From the NCBI GenBank assembly GCA_963794325.1, contig CAWCDG010000002.1:320001-384000 (forward strand): a DNA stretch of 64,000 bases. Reading direction: 5' to 3'. The notes below the pieces were generated by a model. It made no database searches, was not told where the DNA came from, and saw only the letters and a list, made by a program, of their open reading frames with translations. The DNA comes from an uncultured delta proteobacterium. Lineage in GTDB: Bacteria > Desulfobacterota > Binatia > Binatales > Binataceae. Position 1 is the stretch's first letter; every line of letters begins with the position of its first letter. Both the position numbers and the translations under genes were made by a program. Of this stretch, positions 57,947-64,000 are shown in pieces.

Positions 57947-58894
57947 ATGAAAATGATTACAGTAAAGGCTAAAACCTCCGTCGCTCTTTCAATGCTCCTT
58001 CTAACGTGGTTGCTCCTGACGCCATTCGCGTCAGCCGATGACGCTGCCACTCAGCAAATATTTCCGACCCCTGACGCCGCCGCCAGCGCGCTGGTCGCAG
58101 CTGCCAAAGCGGACGACATGAAAGCGCTGAGCTCAATACTCGGTCCAGACGCGGATCAGATCCTTTCATCCGGAGATCCAGTCGCCGACAAGAACGCGCG
58201 CGACGAGTTCGCGCGCCGCTATCAGGAAATGCATCGCCTGGCCTACGACGACAAGGGTCGCGTCATTCTCTATATCGGCGCCGGGAACTGGCCGGTTCCG
58301 ATTCCCCTCGTAAAGAAGGATAGCAGTTGGGTTTTCGATACAGCGGCCGGCAAAGAAGATCTACTCTTCAGACGAATAGGCCGGAACGAGTTGTTCACAA
58401 TCAAGGTTCTCGAAGATCTCGCTAAAGCCCAGTCCGAATATGCCAGCGATGCGCACGATGGCGCCGTCGAAGGACAGTTCGCGCAGAAGATTCTGAGCGA
58501 TCCCGGTAAGCAGAACGGTTTGTATTGGGAAACCAGCGAAGGTCAGCCGGAGAGTCCCATAGGACCTATGGTCGCAACTGCCACTGCCGCAGGTTACAAG
58601 AGAGACAAAGGCGGAACTCCTATCCCGTTTCATGGGTACTACTACAAAGTACTAACCGGGCAAGGCAAGAACGCTCCAGGCGGCGCAAAACAGTATGTGG
58701 TCGATGGTAAGATGACCAATGGGTTCGCCTTCCTGGCCTATCCCGCCGAGTACCGCGCGTCAGGTGTGATGACGTTCATGATCAATGAGGACGGTGTCAT
58801 CGTCCAAAAGGACCTTGGGCCAGACACGGCAAAGCTCGCGACCGCGATCTCTGAATACAATCCCGACAAGACCTGGGACGAAGTGGACGAGTAA
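57947..58894 (+). CDS. DUF2950 family periplasmic protein
   Basis: FPTPDAAA, WPVPIPLVK, RRIGRNE, GLYW, PFHGYYYKVL, GFAFLAYPAEYRASGVMTF, YNPDKTW. Confidence 0.9.
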   Translation: MKMITVKAKTSVALSMLLLTWLLLTPFASADDAATQQIFPTPDAAASALVAAAKADDMKALSSILGPDADQILSSGDPVADKNARDEFARRYQEMHRLAYDDKGRVILYIGAGNWPVPIPLVKKDSSWVFDTAAGKEDLLFRRIGRNELFTIKVLEDLAKAQSEYASDAHDGAVEGQFAQKILSDPGKQNGLYWETSEGQPESPIGPMVATATAAGYKRDKGGTPIPFHGYYYKVLTGQGKNAPGGAKQYVVDGKMTNGFAFLAYPAEYRASGVMTFMINEDGVIVQKDLGPDTAKLATAISEYNPDKTWDEVDE

Positions 58895-58905
58895 GCCCCG
58901 CGACA

Positions 58906-59757
58906 ATGAGGGCTCGGGCAAAGACGTCAGTCGACACCAGGTTTCTCGGCCAACTTCGAGAGGAAGTCCATACTCGATTCGGTCCGCACCGGCATAGTGC
59001 ACTGCTCTTGGCGCTCATCGCTGCGTTCGGGGTGCGCGCCGTCATCGGCGAGAAAGGAGCGGGCTTCATACTATTCAGTGTCGCGCTGGTTTTCCTCCTG
59101 CTGGTGGCGCTGTACAACATCAACGTCGATGAGTTGGTCGGTGAAAGAGGTTTGCTGCTGAACCAGGCGAGGCACCGCCGACTATTGGGTTGGATGCTAG
59201 CAGCCGCAGCAGGAACAGAACGAATAGCGACCATCGTTGCGCCCGGCCCGACGCTCGACATGATCGGTACTGTCTGCTGGCTGCTATTCGTCGCATTTGT
59301 CACGGCCAGCCAGTTGCGCAGCGTTCTCAGGCAGCGAGAGGTGACCGGAGAAACCATTTGCATGGCTGTGTCGGTGTACCTGCTAATGGGCTTTTGCTGG
59401 GCTCTTCTGTACGCAATCATATTCCAGCGGCATCCGGATTCCTTTGCTGGTATCGTAGCCGCAGGCTCCAGCCAGTCGACCCGCTTTCAACACATTTTCC
59501 CGGTTTTCGGCTATTTTAGTCTGACCACCCTCTCAACTATCGGATTTGGCGACATAACCCCGGTAACTCTCCAGGCCCGCTATGCCGCCGTGGCAGAGGG
59601 AATCACCGGACAGTTCTATCTTGCAATCCTGGTCGCGCGGCTGGTCGGGATGCAGATGACTCAGTCTCCAACTCAGCACGCTGAACAAAAAGCTATCGAC
59701 ACTGGCGCAGAAAGAGAAATGAGACACCGCGCTGCAGGCTTATCCTGGCGTGGCTGA
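58906..59757 (+). CDS. Potassium-channel family (Ion_trans_2) membrane protein
   Basis: YFSLTTLSTIGFGDITP pore motif, EGITGQFYLAILVARLVG. Confidence 0.85.
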   Translation: MRARAKTSVDTRFLGQLREEVHTRFGPHRHSALLLALIAAFGVRAVIGEKGAGFILFSVALVFLLLVALYNINVDELVGERGLLLNQARHRRLLGWMLAAAAGTERIATIVAPGPTLDMIGTVCWLLFVAFVTASQLRSVLRQREVTGETICMAVSVYLLMGFCWALLYAIIFQRHPDSFAGIVAAGSSQSTRFQHIFPVFGYFSLTTLSTIGFGDITPVTLQARYAAVAEGITGQFYLAILVARLVGMQMTQSPTQHAEQKAIDTGAEREMRHRAAGLSWRG

Positions 59758-59802
59758 TGGGCGCTAGCTAGGAGCGGGTCTGGGAAGCCGGAGGAAACAT
59801 TG

Positions 59803-60559
59803 GTGAGCCCATTCGAAGTCGGTTAGTATCGTACTGGCGAGCGTCTTCGGAGGCGCGCTACTCGGGATGGCTATTCACAGGATGCTGCCGGAGCCGCATC
59901 TGAGCGCGGAATCCAAAGATGTAATCAAGCTTGGGATGGGACTGATTGCCACAATGTCGGCTCTGGTCCTGGCGCTGCTGACTAACTCGGCGAAAGGTTC
60001 TTATGATGCGCAGCGAAACGAAGTCACCCAAGCCGCCGCTAACATCATCCTGGTCGATCGCGTGCTGGCTCATTACGGACCAGAGACGAAAGAGGCTCGC
60101 GATCTTCTCAAGCTCTCCGTTGCGGGAATGATCGATCGAATTTGGCCTAACGACGCTGTCGGAAATGCGAAGTTGGGGCCTACGACCGCCGGTGGTGAAT
60201 TATTCTTCGACAAGATCCAGGAACTCACGCCTCGTAACGAAATGCAGCACTCGCTTCAGGCCCAAGCCATTAGTTTGAGCATTGCGGTTGGACAGGCGCG
60301 CTTGATGCTCTTCGAGCAGGGTGTCCGATCGATCCCGATGCCGTTTCTGGTGCTGCTGATCTTCTGGGTGACCGTTATTTTTCTAAGCTTCGGACTTTTC
60401 GCGCCGCACAATGCGACGGTTATCGTAACTCTATTCCTGTGCGCGCTTTCTGTTTCGGGTGCGATCTTCTTGATAATGGAATTGGACCGCCCCTTCGGCG
60501 GGGTAATTCAGATTTCCAGCGCCCCGCTGCGTAACGCCCTGATGAATATCGGCAAGTAG
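59803..60559 (+). pseudogene. DUF4239 (bestrophin-like) membrane protein with an apparent +1 frameshift near 59824; an N-truncated product from ATG 59867 is possible
   Basis: GGAGG RBS and GTG 59803 give MSPFEVG-stop. Removing one T yields MSPFEVGSIVLASVFGGALLGMAIHR..., continuous with SKDVIKLGMGLIATMSALVL...ELDRPFGG. Confidence 0.65.
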
Positions 60560-60784
60560 CCTTTTTTGTGCGGATGTCGCGCCGACGGCGCTTTAGCATC
60601 GGCACAAAACCGCCACGCCGCCTGAATCTCGCCCGCCAAAATCTTGTCGTTCAGGTCGCTGCGCGCGATTCTCTGCGCTATAGGTCTTTTCCTTTGCTTG
60701 CTTCAACAATGGCACTTGGCACATATCCCGAGCGGCATTCTTCTTGCTCATCTACCTGTCGCAACTGCGAGGTAGAACCAATCC

Positions 60785-61891
60785 ATGGGAATCAGTGCTC
60801 TTAAGAAAAATCCGGGACTGGCGTGTCTTGCTATCCTTGCGCTTTCGTTTTTCTTTGCAAAGGTGACGCAGGCATGCACCGGCATCAGGCTTATAGCCGC
60901 CGACGGGACTGTGGTTTATGCGCGCACGCTCGAATTCAATGTTGACCTGGATTCCGATGTGCTCGTGGTGCCGCGAGGTTACGCCCGGAGCGGTACGACG
61001 CCGGATGGCGAGAATGGGCTTAAGTGGAACTCAAAGTACGCCTCGGTCGGCGCCAATGGCGTGGGCCTTCCACTCTTGTTCGACGGCGTGAACGAAAAAG
61101 GCCTGGCTGCGGGGTTGTTCTACTTCCCCACAACCGCGGGCTACTTGAAGTACAACAGCGCGCAAGCCTACCGGACGATCGCGCCATGGGAGGTTGGTTC
61201 GTGGATCCTGGAGAATTTCGCGACGGTCGATGAGGTCAAGCAGAACATTGGAAGCGTGACCGTTGCTGAGGTCATGTTCAAGCAATGGGGCTTCGTGCCG
61301 CCGGTCCACTATGTGGTTCACGATGCCTCGGGCAAGAGCATCGTGATCGAATACGTCGAGGGAAAACTGCATGTCTACGATAACGTGATTGGAGTGATGA
61401 CCAATTCGCCGGCGTTCGACTGGCATATGACAAATCTCCGCAACTACTTGAACTTCTCAATTGTGAACAAGCCGCCCTTGGAAATTGGCGGCGTCAGGCT
61501 GACCGCGCTGGGCCAAGGCACCGGGATGCTCGGGATGCCGGGCGACTTTACTCCGCCATCGCGGTTTGTCCGCGCGGTCGCCTACAGCACGTCGGTGGTG
61601 CCATCCGCGACCGGTGAAGAAGAGGTGCTCGAGGCATTTCACATTCTGAACAACTTCGACATTCCTGAAGGCGCGGCGCGTGAGAAACACAAGGACGCGC
61701 ACGGGAACATCATCTCGGATCACACCATTTGGACGAGCGCTTCCGATCTGAAAGCGAAGCGCTACTACTTCCGGACCTACGAGAACAGCGAGATTCGTTC
61801 GGTGGACCTGATGAAGATGCCGCTCGATGCCAAAACCATCACGAGCATTCCCATGAAAGGCCCGGAGATCATCAGGTCTCTGAACCCTTAG
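60785..61891 (+). CDS. Secreted choloylglycine hydrolase / penicillin V acylase family Ntn hydrolase
   Basis: Signal peptide then nucleophile C-TGIR, ARTLEF, DGVNEKGL, VMTNSP, GMPGDFTPPSRFVRA. Confidence 0.92.
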   Translation: MGISALKKNPGLACLAILALSFFFAKVTQACTGIRLIAADGTVVYARTLEFNVDLDSDVLVVPRGYARSGTTPDGENGLKWNSKYASVGANGVGLPLLFDGVNEKGLAAGLFYFPTTAGYLKYNSAQAYRTIAPWEVGSWILENFATVDEVKQNIGSVTVAEVMFKQWGFVPPVHYVVHDASGKSIVIEYVEGKLHVYDNVIGVMTNSPAFDWHMTNLRNYLNFSIVNKPPLEIGGVRLTALGQGTGMLGMPGDFTPPSRFVRAVAYSTSVVPSATGEEEVLEAFHILNNFDIPEGAAREKHKDAHGNIISDHTIWTSASDLKAKRYYFRTYENSEIRSVDLMKMPLDAKTITSIPMKGPEIIRSLNP

Positions 61892-62170
61892 CGTGCCTGC
61901 CAGACCTACGCCGACCAGCCCCATCTGCCAGGAACCGCATACTATTCGGGACGGACCCGAATCCTCCGTCATCAGCTGAAGTCGAGATCCCTTTTTGGAA
62001 GCGCCTGGGGGACGTTCTTGCGAGCCTTCTGACTAATTACAAAAAGAGTCTTGCAAATACTTGCTTTGGCACGCTATGGTGCGCGTACTTCTCCATATGT
62101 TCCGCCGTTGTGGGAGGGATTCTGGTCCAAGGCGGGAGTTCAATTTGCTGTGCGTGGTTCGGGAGGGACG

Positions 62171-63304
62171 ATGTCTGTTCGGGGGACGGGAAGTCTTCAA
62201 CAATCGCGGAAAACAAATCTCTGGATGATGGTGCTGGTTGCAGCCTTGGCGTTCAGCGTCGGGGCGTGCAATGGCGGATCGAGCAGCGGCGGTGGACCCG
62301 TACCGTCAATGCAACCGGGGCTTTGGGTGCCCAATTTTTTTGGCTACAACCTAATCGAGATCGAGCCCGGACAGCGTACGCAGAGCGGCACGCCCAGTGC
62401 GGCTCTGACGAATAACAGCGATTTTATAGATCAGCCCGAGGAAGCGCTCTTCGACCAAAAAGGCAATCTCTGGGTGAGCAATTGCTCCGATCTGCAACTC
62501 GGCGCCGGGACGATCACAGAGTTCACCCATAATCAGCTCGAGAATTTGCCTAAAGATTCCAGTCCTACTCCGAATGTGATTCTGATGGACGACGGAACTT
62601 TCAGCATTTTCGGTTGTCCATACGGCATCGCATTCGGGGTTGACGGCAGTCTCTGGGCATCCAATCGTTTTTCGGCCAATCTGATCAACTTCACGCCAAG
62701 CCAGTTGAACGTTGGCGGAGCGCAGTTCCCGAACACGGAAATCGTGTCGACCAGTTTCGGCAATCTCGAGGGAATTCAGTTCGATAGCGCCGGTACGCTA
62801 TGGGTCGCTGACGTGGCTCAGTCTGAAATGTTTGGATTCAAGGCCGCTACCCTCGCAGCTGCCGATGGTACGATTGCCGACCTTGCTCCCGACATCGTTA
62901 ATTCGTCGCCCGCGCTTAACGGCCCCACTGACGTGCTCGTTGACAAATCGGGCAATCAATGGGTTACAAATTGTCTCGGCGACACGGTCGCGGAGTTTGC
63001 CGCCTCCGACGTAGCCGCTAGCGGCAGCCCGACCCCAATCGTGGTGCTAAGCGCAACCACCGTCAGCACTCCTCCGGGCAACTCTTTCAGCCTTGATTGT
63101 CCGCAAGGGTTGTCATTCGATAGGAGCGGGAACTTGTGGGTGAGTAACGCTCTAAGCGACAACCAAGGTAGCATCGTCGAGTTCACTTCTTCTCAAATAA
63201 CCGAGAGTGGCTCTCCGGCGCCGAGCATCTTCCTGAACTCGAATCCGGCTGGAACAAACTTGAACCAGCCCGCGTTGTTCACCTTTGGTCCGAATATCAG
63301 GTAG
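62171..63304 (+). CDS. NHL-repeat beta-propeller lipoprotein
   Basis: GGGAGG RBS, VGAC lipobox; repeats FDQKGNLWVSN, FGVDGSLWASN, FDSAGTLWVAD, VDKSGNQWVTN, FDRSGNLWVSN. Confidence 0.8.
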   Translation: MSVRGTGSLQQSRKTNLWMMVLVAALAFSVGACNGGSSSGGGPVPSMQPGLWVPNFFGYNLIEIEPGQRTQSGTPSAALTNNSDFIDQPEEALFDQKGNLWVSNCSDLQLGAGTITEFTHNQLENLPKDSSPTPNVILMDDGTFSIFGCPYGIAFGVDGSLWASNRFSANLINFTPSQLNVGGAQFPNTEIVSTSFGNLEGIQFDSAGTLWVADVAQSEMFGFKAATLAAADGTIADLAPDIVNSSPALNGPTDVLVDKSGNQWVTNCLGDTVAEFAASDVAASGSPTPIVVLSATTVSTPPGNSFSLDCPQGLSFDRSGNLWVSNALSDNQGSIVEFTSSQITESGSPAPSIFLNSNPAGTNLNQPALFTFGPNIR

Positions 63305-63397
63305 CAGAGAACCTTTTGCATAGATGAGCCGAGCTTCAACACGACGAGTCAGGGCTCTTATTGAGCGACCGGCGTTTTTTTGGTGGAGGAAATTAGT

Positions 63398-64000
63398 GTG
63401 CGTTTGTATAATTCGATGAAAAGGCATCGCATAAGAAACGTGGTCCTGATGCTGGTGGTCGGGTTTTTGTTCGCGGCATTGTTGCGCGGCGATCGCCCGT
63501 CGGATGCCAAGACGTTCGCGGTAATGCCTCACGTTAAAGAGAGCAAAGGGGAAATAACTTGCAGCGGAGGATCGCTGACGCCCCACATGATGGCGACGCC
63601 GGTGAAGGATCTCGATGTCACCGGCGCATGCACAGTTGCCGCGGGCACCTATGTGTTCAAGAACGTTCTCATTTACGGCAGCGCCGACGGCAAGGCCAAA
63701 GGATCGCTTGCCTTTGCGGACGCGCCTATCGACTTCTGGGCCGAGTCTATACTGATAGAAAATAACGGAACCCTCACTGCCGGCGTGGCGCCTGATGGTG
63801 TGACGATCTCTCCGGTCGGCACCAACCCGGGCGGGAAAATCACGATCCACCTGTATGGTGCGCAGCAGTCCAGCAAGGAACATGCGGTAGGTGTGCCGTG
63901 CCATGACAAGACATGTGGAATCCCACCAGCCCTGTTCGAATCGAACATGATGAAAACCCTCAATCCGACGACCTGCGTAGCAGCTTCGGCAAAAGGCGGT
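63398..64000 (+). CDS. N-terminus of a large secreted G8-domain-like protein (runs off the window)
   Basis: GGAGGA RBS, GTG 63398 (or ATG 63416), signal peptide, LDVTGACTV...YVFKNVLIYG...DFWAESILIENNGTLTAG...ITIHLYG; open to the end of the window. Not in the ORF track. Confidence 0.7.
   Translation, partial: MRLYNSMKRHRIRNVVLMLVVGFLFAALLRGDRPSDAKTFAVMPHVKESKGEITCSGGSLTPHMMATPVKDLDVTGACTVAAGTYVFKNVLIYGSADGKAKGSLAFADAPIDFWAESILIENNGTLTAGVAPDGVTISPVGTNPGGKITIHLYGAQQSSKEHAVGVPCHDKTCGIPPALFESNMMKTLNPTTCVAASAKGG

Noticed and set aside
61944-61970. Possible pseudoknot ATTCGGG-ACGGA-CCCGAAT-CC-TCCGTC
   Set aside because: The loop and linker are too short for both helices to form together. It is a short single occurrence and may be chance.
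62067-62082. Sigma-54 promoter TGGCACG...GC upstream of the NHL gene
   Set aside because: The GG-to-GC spacing is 11 nt rather than the required 10, and TTGC is absent.
31135-64000. Prophage, ICE or intact integrative element at tRNA-Gly
   Set aside because: No integrase, transposase, relaxase or phage genes, and no attR-like duplication seen within the window.

Overview
Bacterial, GC-rich, densely coding window from a diderm organism. The secreted proteins with Pro/Thr linkers and Ig-like repeats are reminiscent of Candidatus Binatota, but this placement is only an impression. The left half (1-31 kb) is housekeeping or semi-core. It holds the end of a Tad/Flp pilus operon (CpaE-like fragment, cpaF, tadB, tadC), a peroxiredoxin, a HAD hydrolase, a sigma-54 activator, XdhC/MocA, an ECF sigma/anti-sigma trio, a GST-sulfatase-haloalkane dehalogenase-TetR cluster, two alpha/beta hydrolases, a sirtuin, two GT39/ArnT-type glycosyltransferases, a HIT protein, a dCMP deaminase, an M50 protease, a DUF62 SAM hydrolase, MPG and tRNA-Gly(CCC). 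Starting 1 nt after the tRNA CCA is a ~30 kb accessory-looking cell-envelope locus. It encodes a CYTH-like protein, a FadL-type porin, two arylsulfatases, a FixL/FixJ-like three-gene two-component set, an octaheme cytochrome c-HEAT-TPR protein, an AI-2E transporter, DUF2092, a 17-aa Gly/Trp repeat protein, PqiA-A-B-C, DUF3300/DUF2950, a K-channel-like protein, DUF4239 and a secreted Ntn hydrolase. Two of its divergent promoter regions share a near-identical 26-bp sequence with a palindromic core (TATTGTAC-TTTG-GTACAAT), suggesting a single regulon. Three genes in this locus carry apparent single-base (+1) frameshifts. I saw no integrase, transposase, CRISPR array or rRNA. Family assignments come from motif recognition only; no searches were run.
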